A stretch of DNA of 64,000 bases from Promethearchaeota archaeon (GTDB taxonomy: Archaea; Asgardarchaeota; Lokiarchaeia; Sigyniarchaeales; SOKP01). The notes beneath the pieces are model-generated. The model was not told the origin of the DNA. It searched no databases and saw nothing but the letters and a program-made list of their open reading frames with translations. The translations under genes were made by a program, and so were the position numbers. The stretch lies in the NCBI GenBank assembly GCA_030603385.1, contig JAUVXW010000001.1:160001-224000 (forward strand). The letters run 5' to 3'. Below, one piece after another: positions 30,907 through 40,429 of the stretch. The stretch's first letter is position 1. Each line of letters begins with the position of its first letter.

Positions 30907-31914
30907 ATGTCATCGATTGCTAAAGATATCCAAGAAAAAATGATGTATCTTTTAAAAGATGAAGAGAGTAAAACTGAATTAGAAAATTTGGCAGTCCTTG
31001 ATAGAGTAGGGATGAAAGTAGCAACCGCGTCTTCTTCAGAAGTTGATGCGGATGCAACATCGGCCTCAAGTACTGCTTTAATTGATTTAGGTTTAAGATT
31101 AAATCAAGCAACTGACCATGGGGCTTTAACTGAAATAATTTTACATAATTCCTCGGGATATAGCATATTAATGGCAATAAATGATGAATATATCGTATTT
31201 GGGGGGTTAAGAGCTGTCGTCCGGATAGGATTTTATCTAGGTTATTTGAGAGAATTAGCAAGAAAGCTGAATAAATTAATTTCTGGCGATGAAGAAACTG
31301 AAATGATGCTTTCTTTAGAAGCTTCAGAATTGGAGAAAATCAAGCAACAACAAATGGAGGAAAAGGTTTCAACCATTAAAAAGCCTTCAGTCGAACAAGA
31401 TAAAGCTGCTTTAGATGATTTATTAGGATTTTTGGATGATTGGGAAAAAGAAGGCGAAGAATTCGAGGATCTTGAAGCAGAAATTGATAATAATGTTGTC
31501 TCAATCCCAAAATCCATTGACCTTGGTATTGATCATGAAGTGAAAGAAATAGGGGAAACTATCACCCCTCAATTTGAAGAAACATCTATCTCTAAAACTC
31601 ATCCACAATTTAAAGTTTATGACGATGAAGTTCCTCCAATTGCTCTGGATGACTACACACCAATGGAAATTGAAGAGGATTTAGTTTCTGAGGAACCATC
31701 ACCTATAGAAGAAGCAACGACTTATGAGGAATCTCCTCCGGTAGAAGAATTGCCATCATCAGGTGAACTACCTTCTTTAGAAGAATTAGCACCTCCTGAT
31801 TTTGATATTGAATCTTCTGCTTCTGAATATGATACTGAATTTGTATTAGAGGAAGAATCAGAAACGTTAGGATCGGTGCTACGCGATCTCGGTTGGGACC
31901 AAGAAGAAGATTAA
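30907..31914 (+). CDS. roadblock/LC7-domain protein with long acidic tail
   Basis: LAVLDRVGMKVA...SASSTALIDLG...EIILHNSSGYSILMAI; D/E/P-rich C-half. Confidence 0.75.
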   Translation: MSSIAKDIQEKMMYLLKDEESKTELENLAVLDRVGMKVATASSSEVDADATSASSTALIDLGLRLNQATDHGALTEIILHNSSGYSILMAINDEYIVFGGLRAVVRIGFYLGYLRELARKLNKLISGDEETEMMLSLEASELEKIKQQQMEEKVSTIKKPSVEQDKAALDDLLGFLDDWEKEGEEFEDLEAEIDNNVVSIPKSIDLGIDHEVKEIGETITPQFEETSISKTHPQFKVYDDEVPPIALDDYTPMEIEEDLVSEEPSPIEEATTYEESPPVEELPSSGELPSLEELAPPDFDIESSASEYDTEFVLEEESETLGSVLRDLGWDQEED

Positions 31915-31938
31915 ACCCTATTTCGAAATTTTAATAAT

Positions 31939-32172
31939 TTAGTATCTTCTATCTTTCGAAACTATTTTTACATTTAAGGCTTCTGGTCCTTTTCCCTCTT
32001 TTGAATCCTAGATTTCGAATTCCACCTTATCTCCTATATCCAACTTGCGGAATCCCGACATATCTATATTAGAGAAGTGGACGAATATATTTTCTTGACC
32101 ATCAACATTAATGAATCCATATCCTTTTTTTGCATTAAACTATTTAATAAAACCTTTTAATCTATCAGACAT
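31939..32172 (-). pseudogene. cold-shock protein (CSD) gene with two in-frame TAG codons
   Basis: [20 protein letters not shown]...IFVHFSNI...[21 protein letters not shown]; RNP1 and RNP2 intact; TAG at 32140-32142 and 32008-32010. Confidence 0.85.
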
Positions 32173-32342
32173 TTGCGTTTCTCCAATTTTAGTTATAGCA
32201 AATTAATTAAAATAACAAAAAAGCTTCTCATCTATAACGTAAAATAAAATTATATAGGAAAAGAAATTTTACTTTTAAATTTTTTTTAAATAAACTCTCA
32301 TATCTTAGATAAAATCAATAAATAATAATTTACTAGATTTAA

Positions 32343-33707
32343 GTGAATATGATTTTTGACAAAGTTCTACAAATTTATCAGGAATATTATATATGCGTCC
32401 ATTGTCTTGGTAGAATGTTTTCTCTTTTAGCATCACAAACAACAAACCAAAAAAGAGGAGACTCTTTATTACTTTCATTAACTATGGAAAATCATAGAAA
32501 GTATTTATCGAATAATAATCAGGAACAAAAAAAGGCAATATTTTATTTAAAATTATTAGCCGAAAAAGCTAAATATTTACCTGCTCAGACTGTATTAAAA
32601 AATGAGGGAATCGAATATACACTAAAGAATACAAACCGATCTTGTCATCTTTGCAATAACATTTTTTCAGAAATTGAGAAGTATGCTAAAAAAGGTATAG
32701 AAGTTCTTGAAGGAATTGAATTTAATAACTTCTTAGTTGGATCAACTCCAGACTCTCAAATAATAAATAAGGAGGATAGATTTAAAGCTGAATTTAACAT
32801 TTTAGAAGCAGAATCTTTTAAAAGTCATTTCAATCGTGTAGTCGGCAAAATTCTGATGGAAAAACTTAAGAAACCTCCTGAATTCAATAATCCAGATGTT
32901 TTATTAGTATATTTTATAGGTTATGAATTATTTAGTATCAAATTAAACCTGAAATCTCTTTTTATTTTTGGAAGATATAATAAATTAATGAGGGGAATCC
33001 CCCAAACTCACTGGTTTTGTAGAAATTGCATGGGAAAAGGATGTAAAATATGTAATTTTACTGGAAAACAATATTTAATAAGTGTAGAAGAATTGATAAG
33101 CCCAGAATTCATTAATGAATCAGAAGCTAAAGATTCTAAGTTTCATGGTGCTGGAAGAGAAGATATAGATGTGAGGATGCTAGGTTTAGGAAGACCATTC
33201 ATTCTCGAATTAAGAGATCCCAAAACTCGCAAATTAGATCTATCTAAAATAGAGAAAATTGTAAATCGAAAGAAGAAGAAGAAGGTTAGAATTCAAAAAT
33301 TAAGATATAGCAGTAAAAGAGAAGTGATCAGACTTAAAACAGAAGCAAAAGATACTAAAAAAGTTTATAAATCTTTAGTAGGATCTGACAATAAGATATC
33401 TAAAGAAGAATTTGAAGAAAAATTAAATAAATTGAAAAATACATTTGAAAATCAAGAAATCCATCAACGAACACCCAACAGGGTTTCCCATCGGCGTGCT
33501 GATAAAATTAGAAAGAAATATGTCTATAAAATAGAAGGGAAATATGTAAAATCTAATTTATTTGAATTTACAATCAAAACACAAGGGGGAACTTATATAA
33601 AGGAACTTATTAACGGCGACGATGGGAGAACATCTCCTTCTTTTTCAGAAATCTTTAAAACACCACTAACATGCAAAGAGTTAGATGTACTAGAAATCTT
33701 AATCTAA
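32343..33707 (+). CDS. pus10: tRNA pseudouridine(54/55) synthase Pus10
   Basis: CVHCLGRMF, GRYNK, FHGAGREDIDVRMLG, QRTPNRV, GGTYIKELI. Confidence 0.95.
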   Translation: MNMIFDKVLQIYQEYYICVHCLGRMFSLLASQTTNQKRGDSLLLSLTMENHRKYLSNNNQEQKKAIFYLKLLAEKAKYLPAQTVLKNEGIEYTLKNTNRSCHLCNNIFSEIEKYAKKGIEVLEGIEFNNFLVGSTPDSQIINKEDRFKAEFNILEAESFKSHFNRVVGKILMEKLKKPPEFNNPDVLLVYFIGYELFSIKLNLKSLFIFGRYNKLMRGIPQTHWFCRNCMGKGCKICNFTGKQYLISVEELISPEFINESEAKDSKFHGAGREDIDVRMLGLGRPFILELRDPKTRKLDLSKIEKIVNRKKKKKVRIQKLRYSSKREVIRLKTEAKDTKKVYKSLVGSDNKISKEEFEEKLNKLKNTFENQEIHQRTPNRVSHRRADKIRKKYVYKIEGKYVKSNLFEFTIKTQGGTYIKELINGDDGRTSPSFSEIFKTPLTCKELDVLEILI

Positions 33708-33936
33708 GATTGATACTAAATAAAACATTTATATAAAATCAAAAAATAAATAAACAATTATTTCATAATTGTTTGGTGCTTTTAACTCGTTCTATAGTAG
33801 ATCTATAAGGTATGAAATTATGGCTTCTAAGAATATTAAGTTTAATAAAAAAGTAAATAAATCATGTAATATGTTATAATTTAATTAGAGCCTGTATAAC
33901 AACTCCTTTGGGCTTTATTAAGAACAGGAAAAAATC

Positions 33937-34242
33937 ATGACTTCTCACAAGGGCTATAGGAAAAAAACTCGCCAAAAGCACAGAAAAAACGTTCGTAAAC
34001 GAGGACTTGGAAGTATTGAAAAATATTTAATAGATTATGAAGTAAATGATAAAGTTGATATAATTACTGACTCCTCTCAACATAAGGAAGGGATGCCTCA
34101 CTTTCGTTATCACGGACGTACTGGCACGATCGTTGGCCAACGAGGGCGCTGTTATATAGTGGAAGTAAAATTAGGGAACTCAACAAAAACTCTAATTATT
34201 GGTACAGAACACCTAAGATTAAATCCTGTTTCTATAAAATAA
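33937..34242 (+). CDS. rpl21e: 50S ribosomal protein L21e
   Basis: GYRKKTR, GMPHFRYHGRTG, EHLR. Confidence 0.95.
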   Translation: MTSHKGYRKKTRQKHRKNVRKRGLGSIEKYLIDYEVNDKVDIITDSSQHKEGMPHFRYHGRTGTIVGQRGRCYIVEVKLGNSTKTLIIGTEHLRLNPVSIK

Positions 34243-34261
34243 AATATATATCAATATTGGT

Positions 34262-34633
34262 ATGGCAATGTCTGGACGAAAAATAGACGAAAAACCGGTT
34301 TCCATCCCGGAAGTAAAAGAAATGATGGAATATGTAAAGGAACAAATGGAAGAAGTTGATTCTGAAGAAGGGATGTCTCATTTTCAAGAAATTACTTATA
34401 ATTATGTTAATAAATTTGCCAAAATAGATGTCACAAAGGCAAAAAAAATAAAAAAGTTTCTTATGGATAAGTATGATTTTGAAGAAATTTATACGATTAA
34501 TATTATTAACATCTTTCCAAAATCAGTTCCGGAGCTTAGGGTTATACTTGAAAAATCTTTTACAGGAAAAACATTAAATGACGAACAGTTAGAAGTTGTT
34601 TTAGAGGAGCTAGAAGAAATCGAATCATCTTAA
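34262..34633 (+). CDS. rpoF: RNA polymerase subunit F (Rpo4)
   Basis: VSIPEVKE, YVNKFAK, IINIFPKSVPELRVIL; conserved position after rpl21e. Confidence 0.85.
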   Translation: MAMSGRKIDEKPVSIPEVKEMMEYVKEQMEEVDSEEGMSHFQEITYNYVNKFAKIDVTKAKKIKKFLMDKYDFEEIYTINIINIFPKSVPELRVILEKSFTGKTLNDEQLEVVLEELEEIESS

Positions 34634-34756
34634 TTTAGATCGAAGAATTTATAAATCTATATTGTTTTAAATTTTAATGTACTACCCCAATTCATTAAGT
34701 AGTTTATAAAAATTAAAATTTTAAAATGGCTAACGGAAAAGTAAAAATTAAAATTA

Positions 34757-35407
34757 TTGGTAATGATGGAAAGAAGAGATCGATACAGAGGTCCTCCTCG
34801 CAGAAGAGGTTATCAAAGTGGTCCCAGAAAGAAAAAACAGTTTATAAAAAAATTTCGGGAAATTGTAATCTTAGATCTTCTTTTGCATGGTCATCCCGAG
34901 GAAGATAGACCAAGCTGGGCAAAAAAACCGATAGCCCAAGTTCTTACTTTTCCAGATTTTGTTCTTTATGAAGTTAAAATAAATAAAAACTCTGATATTA
35001 AAGTTCAAGAACAAAAAACCTATGAGGGATTTTTAAACGAAGATAAATTAAGAGAAGTCTTAAAGAAAATCGATTTTAATGATTTAACTAGCACATCAAA
35101 AGCGTTAATTCTGCCCATTCTTGAAAAGGAGGTTTTAAAATATGAGGAAGAATTTATCAATTTCTTTAATAACTCTACTTCGATTACACCTAGAATGCAC
35201 GCTTTAAAATTACTACCAGGGATAGGTCAAAAACATATGTGGGAAATCCTTGAAGCAAGAGAAAGACAAAAATTCGTAACATTTCAAGATATTTCTGACA
35301 GAACGAGTATATCAAATCCAGCCAAACTAATTTCTCAAAGAATTATAAAAGAACTCCAACGAGATGTAAAGTACTACCTTTTTAGTAAAACTCAAAAATA
35401 TGAATAA
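34757..35407 (+). CDS. DUF655 putative RNA-binding protein
   Basis: FFNNSTSITPRMHALKLLPGIGQK, RIIKEL, KYYLF; conserved rpoF-DUF655-rsmA synteny. Confidence 0.88.
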   Translation: MVMMERRDRYRGPPRRRGYQSGPRKKKQFIKKFREIVILDLLLHGHPEEDRPSWAKKPIAQVLTFPDFVLYEVKINKNSDIKVQEQKTYEGFLNEDKLREVLKKIDFNDLTSTSKALILPILEKEVLKYEEEFINFFNNSTSITPRMHALKLLPGIGQKHMWEILEARERQKFVTFQDISDRTSISNPAKLISQRIIKELQRDVKYYLFSKTQKYE

Positions 35408-35412
35408 ATAAT

Positions 35413-36255
35413 ATGAATTTTAAAGATGTACAACTAATCCTTAATCAATTGGATTTCAAGCCTAAAAAACATTTAGGTCAAAATTTTTTAACCAACACAA
35501 ATATATTAGAAAAAATAATAAATTTGTCTGAGATTTCAAGAGAGGATATTATATTAGAAGTTGGACCTGGTATAGGTGCATTAACAGAATCATTAATAGA
35601 AAAAGCAAAGAAAGTATATGGAGTTGAAATTGACCCGATTCTTAGCAAATATCTTTCAGAAAAATTCTCAATATATAACAATATTGAAATAATTAATGAT
35701 GACATCTTAAAAGTTGATATACCATCACACAATAAGGCTATATCAAATGTTCCATATAAGATAACTGGGCCTATCTTAGGAAAAGTGTTTTTCAAAAAAA
35801 ATCCTCCTCAAGGGATATTGACTATTGAAAAAAGTATTGCAGACCGAGTTTTTTTATCTGAAAATTATAAGAGATTTTCTAGAATTAGCATAGGTTTAAA
35901 TTCTTTTATGGAACCAGTTGTAAAATATTCAATTCCGCGAAATAGCTTCTATCCTATTCCAAAAATTGATCTTACTCTTATTAAAATTGTTCCCAAAGAA
36001 AGTCTAAATCCTATTTTATTGAAGGAAGAATCAGTTCAATTATTTTTAAAATTTATTGCTGGAATCATGCCATACAAAAATAAAAACATCGTTAATGCCC
36101 TCTACTTTTTTTTTAAAGCTAATAATGACCCTTACCATACAAAAGTGAAAATTTTAGAAATTTTACACGAAAATAACTATGAAAATAAAAAATTATTTAA
36201 CTTTAAAATTGAAGAATTTATTGAACTAAGCAAAATTTTTTTATTCCTAAATTAA
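35413..36255 (+). CDS. rsmA: 16S rRNA adenine dimethyltransferase RsmA/KsgA
   Basis: LGQNFL, LEVGPGIGALT, EID, SNVPYKI, FYPIPKID. Confidence 0.92.
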   Translation: MNFKDVQLILNQLDFKPKKHLGQNFLTNTNILEKIINLSEISREDIILEVGPGIGALTESLIEKAKKVYGVEIDPILSKYLSEKFSIYNNIEIINDDILKVDIPSHNKAISNVPYKITGPILGKVFFKKNPPQGILTIEKSIADRVFLSENYKRFSRISIGLNSFMEPVVKYSIPRNSFYPIPKIDLTLIKIVPKESLNPILLKEESVQLFLKFIAGIMPYKNKNIVNALYFFFKANNDPYHTKVKILEILHENNYENKKLFNFKIEEFIELSKIFLFLN

Positions 36256-36268
36256 AACTACTGAGGAT

Positions 36269-36964
36269 TTGATAACAATTAAATTTGTACCCGATCCTTT
36301 AATCGAATGTGATTTGAAGAATGTTTATTATCCCTCTGATGATTCATATTTATTAATTGATTATTTTAGGAAAAAAATAAATGATGATCTATTTGATGGA
36401 ATTAAGTTAGAAGAAATTGAAAATGTATTAGATATGGGTACTGGTACAGGTATCATCGCAATTTTTTTTCAAATACTTAAATCTCTCTACCCAAAATTCA
36501 ATCCTAAAATATATGCCTCTGATATTTTAGAAGATTCAATAATTTGTGCTAAAAGAAATGAAATTCTTAATAAAAGCAAAAATAAAATTACATACTTTCA
36601 ATCTGATTTATTTAAATCTTTTCCAGAATCTTTAAGATCTAAATTTAATATTATAGTTTTTAATCCCCCCTATTTACCCTCCTCCCCATTAATAAAGGAA
36701 AATATAAATAAAAAAGGTATTGATCATAGTTGGGAGGGAGGTTATAAAGGGATTGAAATACTAATTGTTTTCCTTAAAGAACTAAAGAGATTTCTAAATT
36801 ATGAGAACGCTCATTTTGTCTATTACATAAGTTCTAGTAGGTCAGATATAGATGAGTTAGAAAAAAGAATAATTAACGTTGGATATAAGAATGAAAAACT
36901 AGAAAAAATACATATTTTCTTCGAAGATATTATTTTAAACCGATTGCAATATATTAAAGACTAA
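36269..36964 (+). CDS. HemK2/PrmC-like glutamine methyltransferase
   Basis: VYYPSDDSYLL, LDMGTGTG, FNPPYLP, WEGG. Confidence 0.88.
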   Translation: MITIKFVPDPLIECDLKNVYYPSDDSYLLIDYFRKKINDDLFDGIKLEEIENVLDMGTGTGIIAIFFQILKSLYPKFNPKIYASDILEDSIICAKRNEILNKSKNKITYFQSDLFKSFPESLRSKFNIIVFNPPYLPSSPLIKENINKKGIDHSWEGGYKGIEILIVFLKELKRFLNYENAHFVYYISSSRSDIDELEKRIINVGYKNEKLEKIHIFFEDIILNRLQYIKD

Positions 36965-38241
36965 AAAGGTCTTCTATTTCTTCTTTTTTCTAATAGTGAA
37001 ATCCCCTCCATATGCAAAATTCTTATCAGATTATTCAACAAAAGATCAACCTCATTTGGCTTAAACACAGAACGTTTATGTGCCTCAATTTGAGGAATAG
37101 GTAATCCATAGTGTTCATTTAAACTTGATATAGGTAGTAAAATTGAAGAAATTAAATCTGCTTTTTTAGAAGCTTCTTCAATAGAATCTTTTTCATCCAT
37201 AAAAAATTCGATTCTACAAGGTGTATCATATATAGTTGTTTTAAGATAAAATGCATAAAATGAAAGTGGAAAATAATACGGAATTTCCTTTTTTATCCCG
37301 GTGTCTCTTATTTTATCGATCTCTCGTTTACAATTAAAAATACAGCTCCTTTCAGACTTTTTCAGTATTCTATTAAATAAATCGATGTCTGAGAAATATC
37401 TAATAACTTCTCTATAATTTAATTTAATAAAATCGCTCAACTTTGAATAACTTGGCTTTAATAACTGAATTGAGTCACATAAAAGATTTGATAATGCAGA
37501 TGTTCTTGTATCCTTAATTGAGCCAATTAGGATAATACCCTTTTCTTTGCAATTTGAATATAATTTGTGATATTCTTTTAATAAAATATCATATTTTATC
37601 GATATCTCAGGATCTTTAGAAAATAATAAATTTATGGGCATAATAACTATGGATCCATCAATTATTATGAGATCAATATCATTAGATTTTTTTATCATCT
37701 CATTAAGTAAATTGATTTCTAAGTATCTCATGTCCATTGAAACTTTAGCATCAACAGTACTCTCATCTCGATTAAAAAAATCCCCCTGAACAAAATAATT
37801 ATTAAACCCACTCAAATCTGGGAAATATTCAATATTTGCAACATGGTTTTCTTTAAAATAGTATTTTACAGCGATTCCTTTTAAAAATGAGAAATCCGCA
37901 TTCATGAATTTCTTTGTCACTGAGCTTCCATCAACGCTTACGATGTTTAAACCTCTTAAATTCGAAGATAATAATGATTTCTTTAGAAATTTTTCTTTAA
38001 TATAAAATCTTGGAGATTTTATAAAATCTGAAAAATCTAACTCGTCTAGATTTTTCAAGATAATCTTAGAAAATGTTTTCTTTAATTTTTCAAGCTCAAG
38101 ATATTCTTTAGCAATAATTTTTAAATCTTTTAATAAAATTTGTTCTTTTGTCAAGCCCATATTACTTCTTAATGCACTTTTACTATTAGGAAGTGTTAAT
38201 TTATCATTATTAAGATTAATGGGATTTTCTCTTATTGTCAT
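36961..38241 (-). CDS. nurA: NurA-family nuclease
   Basis: VDGS, IIIDGSI, GSIKD, YGLPIPQIEAH. Confidence 0.8.
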   Translation of the reverse strand: MTIRENPINLNNDKLTLPNSKSALRSNMGLTKEQILLKDLKIIAKEYLELEKLKKTFSKIILKNLDELDFSDFIKSPRFYIKEKFLKKSLLSSNLRGLNIVSVDGSSVTKKFMNADFSFLKGIAVKYYFKENHVANIEYFPDLSGFNNYFVQGDFFNRDESTVDAKVSMDMRYLEINLLNEMIKKSNDIDLIIIDGSIVIMPINLLFSKDPEISIKYDILLKEYHKLYSNCKEKGIILIGSIKDTRTSALSNLLCDSIQLLKPSYSKLSDFIKLNYREVIRYFSDIDLFNRILKKSERSCIFNCKREIDKIRDTGIKKEIPYYFPLSFYAFYLKTTIYDTPCRIEFFMDEKDSIEEASKKADLISSILLPISSLNEHYGLPIPQIEAHKRSVFKPNEVDLLLNNLIRILHMEGISLLEKRRNRRPF

Positions 38242-38335
38242 TACAAGAACTAAAAAATAGGGATAATAATAATAATAATGAGATATTTAATTTTTTGATT
38301 TTTTAAGGTTAAATGAAAAGCAAATTTATAATAAA

Positions 38336-38977
38336 ATGACAATACAATTAGGAGAAAACCCTTGGATTTTAATAGGGTTAATATTACTGGAGATACTCCT
38401 CGTTATTATACCTGCTTATATTTCTAGTAAAATTGAGAAAAAAACCTTTAAAAAATTATTGTTTGAAATGGGGTTTCAGAAGAATGATGATATTTTGATT
38501 AAAGTTATCGCTGGATTAAGTATTGGCGTCATATTTTTCTCATTTGGAGATTTCATTCTCATCTTTTTTCGACATATAATAATAGAAAATTTGTTTGGCA
38601 CTAGATTTATTGAAGTAGGACAAGAAGGAGTAATTAGTACTCTCCCCATCATGCCCAATATGATCCAAATAATCATTCTTGTGATACTACAAATAGTTAT
38701 AATTGGTCCTTGTGAGGAAGCCTTTTTTAGAGGATTTATCATAAAAAAAATTAATATAAAAATAAAATTAGCATATTCTGTTATAATTTCATCGATCTTT
38801 TTTGCACTCTATCACGTTCCCCCTTTTATAGTCCCTTTAACTACAACTATAACCTATTTTGGCTATTATTTTGCATTTGGCGTTTTATTAGCTTTGATTT
38901 TCATATTTTTTGAATATTCATTAATCCCTTGCTCAATATCCCATTCTTGTCTTAATATCCTTTTATTATTGGTATGA
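38336..38977 (+). CDS. CPBP family intramembrane metalloprotease
   Basis: EEAFFRG, FFALYH and SHSCLN are intact. Confidence 0.85.
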   Translation: MTIQLGENPWILIGLILLEILLVIIPAYISSKIEKKTFKKLLFEMGFQKNDDILIKVIAGLSIGVIFFSFGDFILIFFRHIIIENLFGTRFIEVGQEGVISTLPIMPNMIQIIILVILQIVIIGPCEEAFFRGFIIKKINIKIKLAYSVIISSIFFALYHVPPFIVPLTTTITYFGYYFAFGVLLALIFIFFEYSLIPCSISHSCLNILLLLV

Positions 38978-39119
38978 TTTTTGCATAGGATGAAATATTA
39001 AATTTAAATTAAACAAAAATTAATTAATATTAGGTATATTATTTCATAAGGTTTTATTTGAGCTTTTAAAATAGTATTACTCTTAAAAGCTAAGAAAAAT
39101 TCCTGAAGCAAATCGATCG

Positions 39120-39647
39120 TTGAGGAGAATGACAGAGTACGATTATACGTTCAAATTAATGATGTTGGGTGATGCTTCAGTAGGAAAAACATCACTCACT
39201 CTTAGATATATCTCAGGATACTTCAGGCAAGACTTAAAACTGACACTAGGGGTTGATTTCTATTCTAAAACAACACTCTTTAACGATAAGAAAGTTAAAT
39301 TACAAATCTGGGACTTTGGTGGTGAAGAACGATTCAGATTTCTACTTTCTCAATATAGTAAAGGAGCAAATGGTGCATTCTTTCTTTATGATATAACAAA
39401 TCCAATGAGCCTAGAACATTTACCCGAATGGACACAAATAGTTCGAGAGAATGCGGGAGACATCCCAATATTGTTAATTGGTTCAAAAAAAGATTTAGAT
39501 GAATTTCGAGCAGTTCCGCAAGAAGATGGAATATTAGCAGCTAAAAAATACAATCTTACTTCTTTCATTGAATTATCTTCGAAAACAGGAGAAAATGTTG
39601 AGAAAGCATTTGATGTATTGACTGAGTTTCTTTTTGAAGATTATTAA
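39120..39647 (+). CDS. Rab-like small GTPase
   Basis: GDASVGKT, TLGVDF, WDFGG, GSKKD, ELSSKTG. Confidence 0.92.
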   Translation: MRRMTEYDYTFKLMMLGDASVGKTSLTLRYISGYFRQDLKLTLGVDFYSKTTLFNDKKVKLQIWDFGGEERFRFLLSQYSKGANGAFFLYDITNPMSLEHLPEWTQIVRENAGDIPILLIGSKKDLDEFRAVPQEDGILAAKKYNLTSFIELSSKTGENVEKAFDVLTEFLFEDY

Positions 39648-39755
39648 TATCAAAGAAGTGAAAATCTATCTTTTAAGTTTCTTGTTTTAAGTTTGAAATG
39701 CTACTTACAGATTATAATAATATAATTTAAATCTAATAAGATTAAATTGATCATT

Positions 39756-40268
39756 ATGAATGAAGAAGAACCGCCTAGACCTAAAGGAATAGATGCAAAC
39801 ACTAAAGCACCTCAAATAGATACTGTAGATATTTATGAAAACCAAATTAATTTAAGTGAACTTCTCAAGGATTATGAGGGGGTATTAATAGATTTTTTTC
39901 GAGGGAACTGGTGAAGTCATTGTAAAACCCATTTAAAATTATTAACAGAAAATTTATCTGAATTCAAAAAGCGTAACATAAAAATTATCTCAATTGCAAG
40001 TGATAGTGTAAGGCTTCTGAGAACTTTTAAAGAAGAAAATAATTTTGAAGTCGATATGGTCTCTGATCGTGGCGCAAAAATAGCTAAAGAATATGATGTT
40101 TACTGGTTTGCCCCTGGAGGAGGAAAAGAATACAAAATAAAACAAGCAGTTCCAAGCAAATTTTTAATCGATAAAGATGGTATTATTGTATGGAAATATA
40201 TCGGTAAAGATAAAACAGATAGACCTTCCATTGAAATGATGACATCAATTATTGATGAATATTTATAA
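39756..40268 (+). CDS. peroxiredoxin-like (AhpC/TSA) selenoprotein with a UxxC motif
   Basis: ATG 39756 is in frame with the 40056 ORF; FFRGNW-UGA-SHC (TGA 39912-39914) sits at the first Cys of the thioredoxin-fold CxxC; PSKFLIDKDG, DRP. Confidence 0.88.
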
Positions 40269-40284
40269 AATCCTAATTAAGAAT

Positions 40285-40344
40285 GATTCGTGCGTGAAAA
40301 AATGAGACGCCCGAGGACGACCTTGCAAGGGGCGGGATTTAATC
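40285..40344 (+). promoter_or_regulatory. SECIS-like element in the 3' UTR
   Basis: GC-rich island after the stop: AUGA (40302-40305), CGCC/GGCG stem, apical CCUU-GC-AAGG hairpin, closing GA (40336-40337), then a U-tract. Confidence 0.72.
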
Positions 40345-40429
40345 TTTTTTATTTTTTTTAATAATTTTCTTAGAAAATTTTTTATTTGTCATTTATTATG
40401 TATTGCTCAAAACTTAGTTTACAAAATCT

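Noticed and set aside
33886-33917. Weak hairpin (AGAGCC...GGCTTT) upstream of rpl21e as a ribosomal leader
   Set aside because: Short stem and long loop; cannot be supported without comparative data.
40056-40268. Stand-alone 70-aa ORF
   Set aside because: It is the C-terminal part of the UGA-containing peroxiredoxin-like gene.
40290-40345. GC-rich element as a tRNA or simple terminator
   Set aside because: No cloverleaf or T-loop; position after a UxxC gene and the AUGA/GA core fit a SECIS better.
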